NCBI GenBank assembly: GCA_963665115.1
Contig: OY762007.1
Coordinates: forward strand, 7,180,679 to 7,220,678
Direction of reading: 5' to 3'
DNA from: an uncultured Rivularia sp.
GTDB lineage: Bacteria > Cyanobacteriota > Cyanobacteriia > Cyanobacteriales > Nostocaceae
Length of the DNA stretch: 40,000 nt
Shown: one piece after another, positions 9,793 to 18,526 of the stretch
Numbering within the stretch: the stretch's first letter is position 1
How the letters are laid out: every line of letters starts with the position of its first letter
Program-made: the position numbers and the translations under genes
Notes under the pieces: model-generated
Database searches by the model: none
Told to the model about the DNA's origin: nothing
Seen by the model: the letters and a program-made list of their open reading frames with translations, nothing else

Positions 9793-10368
9793 TTACCAAA
9801 TCATCTGTAAATCCAACACGAAACCAGGTAAAACATCTTCACCATTCAAACTATTGGGATTATCGAAAATTTCTACTTCTTTTCCAATTCGATAAATTTC
9901 AACTTGGCGATTTTTACGATTAATCAACCAACCCAAACGTACACCATTACTTTTATATTCTTCCATCTTTTGTTGAGTTGTTTTCAAACTATCGCTTGGT
10001 GAAAGTAACTCAATGACAAAATCGGGAGAAAGCGGTAAAAATTTAGTTTTTTGTTCAGGTGTTAATGCATTCCACCGTTCTAATTTTACCCAAGAAGCAT
10101 CTGGAGAGCGATCGGCACCATTAGCAAGTTTAAAACCACCAGAAGAATCAAAGACAATTCCCAGGTTGTTTTTTTGATTCCATACCCATAATTGAGCAGT
10201 TAATCCTGCATTACGATTGCTGCTTTCTCCTCCCACTGGTGGCATAATTACTATTTCCCCGGTAGCATTGCGTTCAAATCTTAAATTTTGATTTGCTTGA
10301 CATAGCTGAAAGAATTGCTCGTCTGTTAAATCAATAATTGGGTTTAAATTTAGTGTTAAGCCTTGCAT
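9793..10368 (-). CDS. Uma2 (DUF820) family restriction-endonuclease-like protein
   Basis: 191-aa ORF containing …RFERNATGEIVIMPP…SPDASWV…PDFVIELLSPSD…EEYKSNGVRLGWLIN…, the typical Uma2 pattern. Confidence 0.85.
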   Translation of the reverse strand: MQGLTLNLNPIIDLTDEQFFQLCQANQNLRFERNATGEIVIMPPVGGESSNRNAGLTAQLWVWNQKNNLGIVFDSSGGFKLANGADRSPDASWVKLERWNALTPEQKTKFLPLSPDFVIELLSPSDSLKTTQQKMEEYKSNGVRLGWLINRKNRQVEIYRIGKEVEIFDNPNSLNGEDVLPGFVLDLQMIW

Positions 10369-10392
10369 GATATTAAAATAATATATTTATAA

Positions 10393-10731
10393 CTAAGCAT
10401 TGATAAACTTTTCAGCAGCATTCGCTAATGTTTCATCCATCCAAGCATTGATACTTTTACCGGATTTTTTCGCTGCAATAAAGATTTTGCGGTGATTTTC
10501 TGGAGTTGTACGGAAAGGAAGTTTACCAGAAAAAGGTTTTTCGGGTTTTTCACCTAAATCTTCGCAGTAAGCAAGATAATCATCGACTGAATTATGAAAT
10601 TCTTGACGTGCTTCTTCAACAGTTTCCGCTTTGAATGTTATTACGTCATTAATATCGATAACTCTGCCAAATAAAATCGATGCTTCTGTATCTACTTCAA
10701 TGATTGCTGTATAGCCTTTGTAAGTCATCAT
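10393..10731 (-). CDS. hicB: HicB family antitoxin (long form with C-terminal RHH), orphan copy
   Basis: Start taken at MMTYKGY (M26 of track ORF 10393-10806). 112 aa with 6 substitutions versus the copy at 12673-13011. There is no hicA upstream. Confidence 0.8.
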   Translation of the reverse strand: MMTYKGYTAIIEVDTEASILFGRVIDINDVITFKAETVEEARQEFHNSVDDYLAYCEDLGEKPEKPFSGKLPFRTTPENHRKIFIAAKKSGKSINAWMDETLANAAEKFINA

Positions 10732-10753
10732 AGTTCGATTTATGCTTTTTTCG

Positions 10754-10776
10754 ATGATATCATGATACGATATCAA
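10754..10776. promoter_or_regulatory. Putative hic operator (two GATATC half-sites)
   Basis: atgatatca tgatac gatatcaa lies about 25 nt upstream of hicB-1. A near-identical atgatatca ctaaac gatatcat sits upstream of hicA at 13292-13314. Confidence 0.35.
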
Positions 10777-10942
10777 TATAAATGCGTTCGCAAACCCCGA
10801 TCGCATTGGTGTGGTTTGCCAAATCTTGCACTTCTCGCAATCAACAAAAACGCCCGCGGGTTGGAAACCTGGGGCTACAGAAGCAAAGCCCGTCTAAGCC
10901 GCAGCTTCGCTGAACACGGGCTAAGATTATTTTTGTATAGAT

Positions 10943-11013
10943 TGTAGGTTGGGTTAGGCGCACAAAGAATATAAATTTTAATTAGGAATTAAATTGCAAC
11001 CTAACCCAACATT
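10943..11013. repeat. Hairpin repeat of the TGTAGGTTGGGTTAG…CTAACCCAACAT family
   Basis: The arms gtaggttgggttag and ctaacccaac are complementary. The family recurs at 12635-12670, 30362-30438, 30893-30964 and 31402-31476. Confidence 0.55.
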
Positions 11014-11069
11014 AACCCATTTTTGATCGTCTTTTCCCCACTCGTTTAGCAGTTTTAGTGCTTTACTAA
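11014..11069 (-). pseudogene. Internal fragment of a parD-like antitoxin gene
   Basis: 56 nt with 3 mismatches to the interior of parD at about 12433-12488, encoding …KALKLLNEWGKDDQKWV…. It is embedded in the spurious track ORF 10978-11211. Confidence 0.5.
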
Positions 11070-11144
11070 ATTTATTATAAATGTTATAAGATGCTATCAA
11101 AGGTTGGTTGGTAGTTGCAAGTTTAACGAAATAAATTAATTTAT

Positions 11145-11321
11145 ATGACAACTGATAAACTTTCTGAAGAAAAGGTTGAAAAAGTACAAATATTTCCACA
11201 CCCTTTAGCAAAAATTGCTGGTAAGTTTAAAGGAGAGTTTTGGGAAAGCACTTTGAAGAATATTCAGAATTTTAGAAAGAGAGAAAAAGAAGAAAATAAC
11301 AGGTTTTTTGATAATCAATAA
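11145..11321 (+). CDS. Small hypothetical protein (58 aa, below the ORF-track cutoff)
   Basis: Hand translation gives MTTDKLSEEKVEKVQIFPHPLAKIAGKFKGEFWESTLKNIQNFRKREKEENNRFFDNQ. It looks antitoxin-like. There is no strong RBS. Confidence 0.3.
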   Translation: MTTDKLSEEKVEKVQIFPHPLAKIAGKFKGEFWESTLKNIQNFRKREKEENNRFFDNQ

Positions 11322-11411
11322 TTGTTTGGGTAAGTTTAAGTGAATTAAACATTCTGAAAGACTGAATAAATAAATGATATAATTAAATTTAGTAACTATT
11401 TTGTTATAGTA

Positions 11412-11633
11412 ATGCCTCTCACAGAACTTTTACCTCATTTAAAACAACTATCCCAAAACGATAAACTTTTGTTATTGCATTTCTTAGTTAACGAAATGTT
11501 GAATGAATCTGGTTTAGTTCCATTAGATAATCAAGACAAAACATCAAACCTTGGTTTACATGACTCATTTGAAGCTGCTGCTGTTTTAGCACAAGCTTTA
11601 GCAGAAGCCAAAAAAGCACCAACAAATGGTTGA
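11412..11633 (+). CDS. Small acidic/helical protein, upstream partner of the retropepsin-like gene
   Basis: 73-aa ORF whose last 8 nt overlap the start of the next ORF, suggesting translational coupling. Confidence 0.5.
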   Translation: MPLTELLPHLKQLSQNDKLLLLHFLVNEMLNESGLVPLDNQDKTSNLGLHDSFEAAAVLAQALAEAKKAPTNG

Positions 11634-12039
11634 TAAAGTCAGATTTCCATTCATTCAAGCAAATCCAGATTTGGGAGAATTAAGTACATTTCCCTATCTT
11701 CCTTTGACTTTAAGCTATCAAAATCAGTCTTGTAAGGTATTGGGTTTATTAGATACAGGTTCGAGCGTTAATGTCTTACCTTACGAAATCGGATTGAGAT
11801 TGGGAGCAATTTGGGAGCGTCAAACAATGTCCGTTCCTTTAGGAGGTAATTTATCTCGATTTGAAGCAAGAGCATTAGTTGTAACGGCAACAGTAGAATC
11901 ATTTTCTCCCGTAGAATTAGCTTTTGCTTGGACGAAAGATAGAAATGCTCCTTTAATTTTGGGACAGATGAACTTTTTCTTGGAATTTGATGTATGTTTT
12001 TATCGTGCTGATTTAGCTTTTGAGATTAGTAAAAAATAA
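11626..12039 (+). CDS. Retropepsin-like (clan AA) aspartic protease domain protein
   Basis: 137-aa ORF with the catalytic-type LLDTGSS motif and a later ILG motif. The size is that of single-domain bacterial retropepsin-like proteins. Confidence 0.7.
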   Translation: MVDKVRFPFIQANPDLGELSTFPYLPLTLSYQNQSCKVLGLLDTGSSVNVLPYEIGLRLGAIWERQTMSVPLGGNLSRFEARALVVTATVESFSPVELAFAWTKDRNAPLILGQMNFFLEFDVCFYRADLAFEISKK

Positions 12040-12044
12040 ATAAA

Positions 12045-12257
12045 TCAAGCCGACATCAAACCCCGCTTCGGTTCAGGAATATTATGTCCTAAATCTTGAG
12101 CAGTTTCAATCCACTCTTGCATAACTATCTCCACATTTTGCAAAGCTTCTTGATAATTTTCACCGTCAGCGGCGCAACCGGGTAATTCTGGTAATTCTGC
12201 AATAAATGCTTCGTCTTCTTGACTGTAGTAGAGGATGATTTTGTAGCGGAGTTTCAT
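12045..12257 (-). CDS. Short HicB-like (UPF0150) antitoxin
   Basis: 70 aa: MKLRYKIILYYSQEDEAFIAELPELPGCAADGENYQEALQNVEIVMQEWIE…, with the canonical 'PELPGC…G.T.EEAL' HicB N-domain pattern. Confidence 0.75.
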   Translation of the reverse strand: MKLRYKIILYYSQEDEAFIAELPELPGCAADGENYQEALQNVEIVMQEWIETAQDLGHNIPEPKRGLMSA

Positions 12258-12310
12258 ATATCCTCTTCTAATTCTTTATTTGCTTCTGAGGAGATAATAT
12301 GTTGTTTCAT
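12254..12310 (-). pseudogene. 18-codon stub resembling the N-terminus of a ParE/RelE toxin
   Basis: Hand translation gives MKQHIISSEANKELEEDI*. Its ATG overlaps the parD stop (ATGA) and its TGA overlaps the downstream HicB-like ATG (ATGA). Confidence 0.4.
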
Positions 12311-12573
12311 GATTGATTCTCTCTAACTTTGCGTAGCTTCTCTCGCAGTCGCTCAACTACAACTTCGCCATCAATACCTTCACCTCTTTCTAATTGCTCA
12401 ACAGCAACTTCTACTTTTTGACGAGTTTCTTCAACCCATTTTTGATAGTCTTTTTCCCACTCGTCTAGCAGTTTTAGTGCTTTACTAATAACTTGTTCTG
12501 GATTTTCATATTTACCCTTAGCAATTTGCCCTTGAATAAATTGCTCATCTTCGGGCTTGAGTCTAATATTCAT
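12307..12573 (-). CDS. parD: ParD-type (RHH) antitoxin
   Basis: 88 aa beginning MNIRLKPEDEQFIQGQIAKGKYENPEQVISKALKLLDEWE…, the typical ParD family N-terminus. Confidence 0.7.
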   Translation of the reverse strand: MNIRLKPEDEQFIQGQIAKGKYENPEQVISKALKLLDEWEKDYQKWVEETRQKVEVAVEQLERGEGIDGEVVVERLREKLRKVRENQS

Positions 12574-12634
12574 GATTTTTTTGAATATGGATAAGCATGG
12601 AAGTACTTTTTATTATGACGCAATGGCTTTTAGA

Positions 12635-12670
12635 TTGTAGGTTGGCTTCACGGTGTCCAACCCAACCTAC
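12635..12670. repeat. Short GTAGGTTGG…CCAACCTAC hairpin repeat
   Basis: ttgtaggttggcttcacggtgtccaacccaacctac, immediately 3' of hicB-2. Confidence 0.5.
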
Positions 12671-12672
12671 TA

Positions 12673-13011
12673 CTAAGCATTAATAAACTTTTCAGCAGCA
12701 TTCGCTAATACTTCATCCATCCAAGCATTAATACTTTTGCCAGATTTTTTTGCTGCGATAAAAATCTTGCGGTGATTTTCTGGAGTTGTACGAAAAGGAA
12801 GTTTTCCAGAAAAAGGTTTTTCGGGCTTTTCACCCAAATCTTCACAGTAAGCAAGATAATCATCAACCGAATTATGAAACTCTTGACGTACTTCTTCAAT
12901 CGTTTTTGCTTTAAATGTTATTACGTCATTTATATCGATAACTCTGCCAAATAGTATTTCGGCTTCCGTATCTACTTCAATAATTGCTGAATAGCCTTTG
13001 TAAGTCATCAT
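12673..13011 (-). CDS. hicB: HicB family antitoxin (long form with RHH)
   Basis: 112 aa: MMTYKGYSAIIEVDTEAEILFGRVIDINDVITFKA…GKLPFRTTPENHRKIFIAAKKSGKSINAWMDE…. Confidence 0.85.
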   Translation of the reverse strand: MMTYKGYSAIIEVDTEAEILFGRVIDINDVITFKAKTIEEVRQEFHNSVDDYLAYCEDLGEKPEKPFSGKLPFRTTPENHRKIFIAAKKSGKSINAWMDEVLANAAEKFINA

Positions 13012-13270
13012 AGTTCGATTCCAGCTTTAATTAAAAATTCTCTAACAGATTTAACGGCTCCTTTATCGGTTTCTTTTTCTAGATGTAGTTCGTGAAAAAC
13101 AGCTTTTACATTATTCAATTTAACCCTTACCCGCGAACCTTTTCCTTGACTAACATTTACTCACCCAGGGCTACAAATAAACTTTCAATATTGTTCCAAA
13201 GGATATTTGCAGGTATTGGATCTGTAAAAATCAACTCTAGCGTTTTGTGTTGCTTGTTATTTAGATCCAT
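13008..13270 (-). pseudogene. hicA: HicA family toxin, frame-disrupted as given
   Basis: Hand translation gives MDLNNKQHKTLELIFTDPIPANILWNNIESLFVALGE*, then in another frame VNVSQGKGSRVRVKLNNVKAVFHELHLEKETDKGAVKSVREFLIKAGIEL*. The stop overlaps the hicB ATG. The span is 263 nt, consistent with one missing base near 13160-13163. Confidence 0.6.
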
Positions 13271-13291
13271 TAGGAATACTCCTAATTACAA

Positions 13292-13314
13292 ATGATATCA
13301 CTAAACGATATCAT
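13292..13314. promoter_or_regulatory. Putative hicAB operator
   Basis: atgatatcactaaacgatatcat, with 8-nt perfect inverted arms, about 20 nt upstream of the hicA ATG. Confidence 0.35.
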
Positions 13315-13689
13315 GAAAAAGCGATCGCCATTTTTATTTTTGCTGAAAACTACGGTAATAGCAATTCTGGACGAAAGCATTTAAAGAAAATTTGGTAATT
13401 ATTTTTATTTGACAAAAGAGTATCAGCGTTGTATTGTTTGCTACATAGCACTGAATTAAGTGTAGAGTTGGCAAGACGTGGTGTCTTGATAAACTAGAAA
13501 ATGGCAACCAGACCTTTAATTCCTTTTGGTCTGGTTGTAAAAAGCACAGTCAGGCATAAGCTAAGACTTAAGTTCACAAATTTATTGCTATTTATCTCTA
13601 TACTAAAAAACGTATTTTTCTCTTGGGTATTAGACAATTATATAAATCAGCTAAAATTGCCAATATAACTTTACACGAGATAATTACCA

Positions 13690-13890
13690 ATGAAAATTAA
13701 AGCGGTAATCTGGCAAGAAGATGATGTATGGTGCGCTTCTGTACCAGCTTTACCTGGGTGTCACACTTGGGGTAATAGTTATGAACATTTATTAGAAATG
13801 CTCGAAGATGCTATCCAAGGTTGGTTAGAAGTTGCAAGCGAAAGAGAACAGGTAGATCCACAGAAAAAATTAGTTGAATTATCGCTATGA
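13690..13890 (+). CDS. hicB: Short HicB-like (UPF0150) antitoxin
   Basis: 66 aa: MKIKAVIWQEDDVWCASVPALPGCHTWGNSYEHLLEMLEDAI…. A 4-nt ATGA overlap links it to the next ORF. Confidence 0.8.
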   Translation: MKIKAVIWQEDDVWCASVPALPGCHTWGNSYEHLLEMLEDAIQGWLEVASEREQVDPQKKLVELSL

Positions 13891-14096
13891 AAGCTGTATC
13901 AGGAAAAGCGCTGTGTAAAATTCTTGAGCAGCGAGGTTGGGTGCTAAAAAGAATGACTGGTAGTCATCATATTTATTCAAAAGAAGGAATAGATTCAATT
14001 ATTTCTGTTCCCGTTCATAGTAATCGCGATTTACCAATTGGTACATTGAAAAGCATTATGAAGGATGCACAACTTGAGGAAGATGATTTAAGTTGA
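13887..14096 (+). CDS. hicA: HicA (YcfA-type) mRNA-interferase toxin
   Basis: 69 aa: …LEQRGWVLKRMTGSHHIYSKEG…ISVPVHSNRDLPIGTLKSIMKDAQL…, classic HicA motifs. Confidence 0.8.
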   Translation: MKAVSGKALCKILEQRGWVLKRMTGSHHIYSKEGIDSIISVPVHSNRDLPIGTLKSIMKDAQLEEDDLS

Positions 14097-14233
14097 TAGC
14101 AATTTTTCGTATTCAAAATCGTGCTTAATCCCCTCTGCGTACCTCCGCGCAAACCTCCGCGCCCCTCTGCGTTTAAAAAAAAACCGCACAAAGTACGGGC
14201 TAAAAAAACAACAAATTAAATCCGAATTTCTAC

Positions 14234-17200
14234 CTACTCAATCCCTTCAATCTTATCCTCAACCTGCTGATACAATTCCCGCAACTTATCCAAGTTACTT
14301 TCATCTGTATCCCAGTAACCTCTACCATTAGCTTCCAACAATGAAGTCACCATCTTTCTAAAAGAATGCGGATTTAAGTTCAATAACCTTTCCTGCATTT
14401 CCTGATCTTTCATAAAGGTGTCATTGGTATCTTCGTAAACCCAGTTATCAACAGCATCTGCTGTTGCACTCCAACCAACTGTATTTACTAAGCGTTTGGA
14501 TAATTCCCTCACTCCTTCGTAACCGTGAGATAACATCCCTTCATACCACTTAGGATTCAACAATTTAGTTCGAGAATCCAAGCGCACGGTTTCCGACAAA
14601 GTACGAACTTGGGCGTTTGCTGTGGTGGTATCTGCCATGTAGGATACTGGCTTTTTACCATCTTTCCGCAAGCTAGCTACTACTTTGGTGGGATCGGAAT
14701 CGTAGTAGTGGGAAACGTCGGTTAAACTAATTTCGGAGGAATCTAAGTTTTGGAAGGTGACATCGGCAGTTTGCAATGCACTTTCAAAGATTTTCCGCGA
14801 GTTTTCCATCATTCCTGGGTTATCTGCGGTGAATGCAAAGGATTTGCGTTTCAGGTACATTTCCTGTAATTCCCCTTCTTCTTCCCAAGTACTATTTTCC
14901 ACCGCTAAGTTGATGTTGGAAGAGTAGGAGCCGGAAGCGTTGGAAAATACGCGGGTTGCTGCTTGACGCAAATTAATTCCCATTTCTTCGGCTTGCTTGA
15001 GAGCGTGTTTTCTCACAAAGTTCATTTCTAAGGGTTCGTCGGCTTCTGCTGCCATTTTTACCCCTTGATCTAACAGGTTCATTTGGTTGACAAACAAGTC
15101 GCGGAATACGCCGGAGCAGTTAATTACTGCATCGATTCTCGGTCTTCCCAACTCTTCTAAGGGTACTAATTCTAACTTGTTGACTCTTCCCAAAGCATCT
15201 GGAACCGGCCGCACGCCTACCATCCACATTATCTGTGCTAGTGATTCCCCGTAGGTTTTTATATTGTCGGTTCCCCATAATACACAGGCGATGGTTTCGG
15301 GATATTCGCCGCCGTTGTCGCGCATTTGTCTATCTAACAATCTATCTACAACGACTTTCGCAGATTTAACTGCTGCCATTGTAGGAATTGATTGCGGATC
15401 TAAAGCGTGGATATTTTTACCTGTAGGTAAAACGTCGGGGTTACGAATTGGATCTCCTCCGGGGCCCCAGGTAAAACGTATTCACCTTCCAATCCTTTGA
15501 GTAATGCTCCGAGTTCGTTATCGGCGCATACTTGTTGTAAACAGAATTCCAAGTATTCAAATAAGGGTTTTAATGCTTCCTTATCAACATTGGGATAACC
15601 TGCTTGATGCAAAGCTTCTATCCAAGGTTCTTTTTTACCCATATTGAAGAAGTTCAATTTGGAAACCAGGGATACTCTACCTTCTGCGTCGATTTGCGCT
15701 TTCACCAATGCACCAACGGTTTCGCGGGTAGTAGTTGTGATGTGTTGCAGCAATTCCACATCTTCTAAAATACCTTTGTCGCTGTTACGATAAATTTCTT
15801 CGATGTCGCGTTTAATACTGTTAGCTATAATCCTTGGTAAGCTAATCAGTTCAGACTCTTCTCGATCTAACTCAGCGATATTAACCAAAGTAGCGATTGC
15901 TTCCTCTGCCGTGGGGGGCTTACCAACTACGTGTAAACCACATGGCAACAGTCGCGATTCTATCTCCATCAACCGACGGTAGACGCTACCAACGATATTA
16001 TCGCGCTCTTCTGCGGACATTTCCTTGCAACTGTCTTCCGGCAAGTTGATATCTTTATCTAAATTCACCATCCGGGCTTTATCCATGATGGTATCGACGA
16101 TTGCAACTCCTCTTCCGGTGTCTTTGAGGGTTTGGTAGGAACCAATTAGTTCGCTTAATTCTTTCAAACCTTTATATAAACCGGCGTTTTCTGCGGGGGG
16201 TGTTAAATAAGATATCGTTTCCGCATAGCTGCGACGTTTGGCAATTGTGGCTTCACTGGGATTATTTGCAGCGTAATAATATAAGTTGGGAATCGTACCA
16301 ATTAAACTATCGGGATAACATTCACCCGACATTCCCATTTGCTTTCCTGGCATAAATTCCAAGGAGCCGTGAGTACCGAAGTGCAGTACCGCGTCGGCAC
16401 CCCAAATTTTTTCCAGGTATGTGTAGTATGCAGCAAAACCGTGGTGGGGACTTGCAGAGCGGGAAAATAACAACCTCATTGGATCGCCTTCATAACCAAA
16501 TGTTGGCTGTACCCCAATAAATAAGTTACCGAAATGCTTCCCGTAAACTAATAAATTCTGTCCGTCGCTGTTTAAATTTCCTGGAGGTGCCCCCCAATTT
16601 TCTTCCAAACGCTGGGAATATGGTGTTAATTCTTCATATTCCGGAACCGACATCCGATAAGCAACGTTTAATTCGGGGCTGGCATACTGTGCCTGTACGT
16701 CGTGGATGACTTGTTCCATTAACTCTTTGGCACTACCAGGTAATTCGGGTAAATCGTAGCCATTATTTTGTAAAGCTTTCATTACCTCGTATATGGAACC
16801 GAATACATCTAAATATGCTGCGGTTCCGACATTACCTTTATCCGGTGGGAAGCTAAATACAGTAATCGCCACCTTCTTATCTAACTTGGGCTTACGGCGC
16901 AAATTCGCCCATTTCATTGCTCTTTGAGCAACTGCTTCAACTCTATCTTGGAGAGCGATCGCCTTCCAGTAGCGCCATCTTTACCAGATAAAATTATCGG
17001 TTCAATCGCACCATCTAATTCGGGTATGGCAATTTGTAAAGCGACCTGAATCGGATGCAATCCTAAATCGCTTTCCATCCATTCTTCGGTAGTTTGGAAT
17101 ACCAAAGGTAAGGCAACCATATACGGACGATTTAACCGCTTCAACGAGTCAATCGCCTTCGGGTGGTCTTGTCTGGCGGGACCACCAACTAAAGCAAATC

Positions 17201-18246
17201 CTGTTAAAGATACTACAGCATCAATTAAAGGAGTGCCTTCCTTATTACCTTTATTTAACGTAGAAGTTTCATAAAAATAAGCATCTACTGGCTTAGAAAA
17301 ATCCAAACCACCAGCGAAAACGGGAATTACCTTAGCTCCCATCGCTTCAAATTCCTGGACAAGTGCCACATAATGTGCATCATCACCAGTAACCAAGTGA
17401 GTCCGCTGCAATACTAAACCAATACAGGGCGCTAAGGGATCTTTTAAATCGTCAGAAATATCCTTACGGCTACTAAACCAGTTGAGATACTCCTTCACAT
17501 CCTCAAACATCGTCGGCGCTAAAGGATGCCAAACTCCCATATCGGGATACACAACCGGGGCTTGATATTCTTTTGCAAAAACGAAATTGCTTTGATCGAC
17601 ATCTTTTAAAACATATTTATCAGCCAGCATTAATAAGAAGTTCTCTAAATTATCAGAAGAGCCTCCCAACCAATACTGAAAACTCAACATGAAATTACGA
17701 GCATCTTGAGCCTTTTCAACCGGCAGATACTTTAATACAGAAGGCAGAGTCCCGCAGCAGCTTCAACATTCCATCTTGAAAAGACGAACCGGATTTCTCC
17801 TTGCGCTTCTTCATAAAGCTGGCGATCGCACTCTTTGACTGTCCCAAATTCGCCAAGGAAAAGCTACCCATCTTATTCAGACGCATAACTTCCGGCATCG
17901 AAGGGAAACATACAGCCACATCAAAGTTATCGCGATGGGGCTGCACTGCTGCAACTACCTTCTGAGCTAAATCTTCAATAAAAATAAGTGAAGCGATAAA
18001 AACATTCGCGGTTTCTACATCCTTCTGAAACTGTTCGTAATTTTCTGGCGAACGAAGTTCCTCAATCAAATAACCGCTGATTTCAATAGCAATGTTGGGG
18101 TGATTATCGTTTATAGTCCGTACCGCTTGTGATAAAGCACTCTGATACTGGGACTCTAACACGACATAGACCACCTTAATTAAATGTCGCCCTTCGAGGT
18201 TATCAGGCTTGATGTGTCTAATGGTGGACTTGACGTGAGTAAACAT
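14234..18246 (-). pseudogene. chlH: Magnesium chelatase subunit H, split into four ORFs by three indels (probably sequencing errors)
   Basis: Track ORFs 17716-18366 (true start MFTHVKST at 18246), 16914-17690, 15400-16917 and 14234-15379 are collinear with full-length ChlH (about 1330 aa). The frame changes at ccc 17751-17753, cc 16962-16963 and ggggcccc 15461-15468. Hand re-phasing restores [48 protein letters not shown] and [37 protein letters not shown]. Confidence 0.9.
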
Positions 18247-18526
18247 ACGTTTCCTCGCTCCTATGATGCGTGTTCTCTGGTTCGGCACTAAATGTTTTTT
18301 ATCAGAAATTGCCGCCTTTATGGACGTTTTGTCGTCTAACTGACACAATTCGATAAATTTAAACAATTTTTGCTTTACATTACTTTACGTTTTTTTGGTG
18401 TGCTTACTCACATTTAGTAAATTATTTGTAATATTTATATTTGGTTATTTGGTTATTGATGGATAAAAGTTTATAAAACCTTACTAGAGCGCTAAGGACG
18501 CTAAGGGAAGAGGTTAAAGAGAGGTT

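Noticed and set aside
10762-11211. Track ORFs 10762-10947 (+) and 10978-11211 (-)
   Set aside because: The first reads through repeat DNA. The second fuses a hairpin repeat with a 56-nt parD fragment, making it a remnant rather than a gene.
12705-13295. Track ORFs 12705-12899 (-), 12772-12954 (+) and 13092-13295 (+)
   Set aside because: They are shadows of hicB-2 and of the disrupted hicA.
15264-15500. Track ORF, 78 aa, plus strand
   Set aside because: It lies antisense within chlH.
14234-18246. Programmed ribosomal frameshifting, or split-gene biology, in chlH
   Set aside because: The three independent breaks sit at simple G/C runs with no slippery heptamers or stimulatory structures. The same kind of break occurs in six unrelated genes, so consensus error is the simpler explanation.
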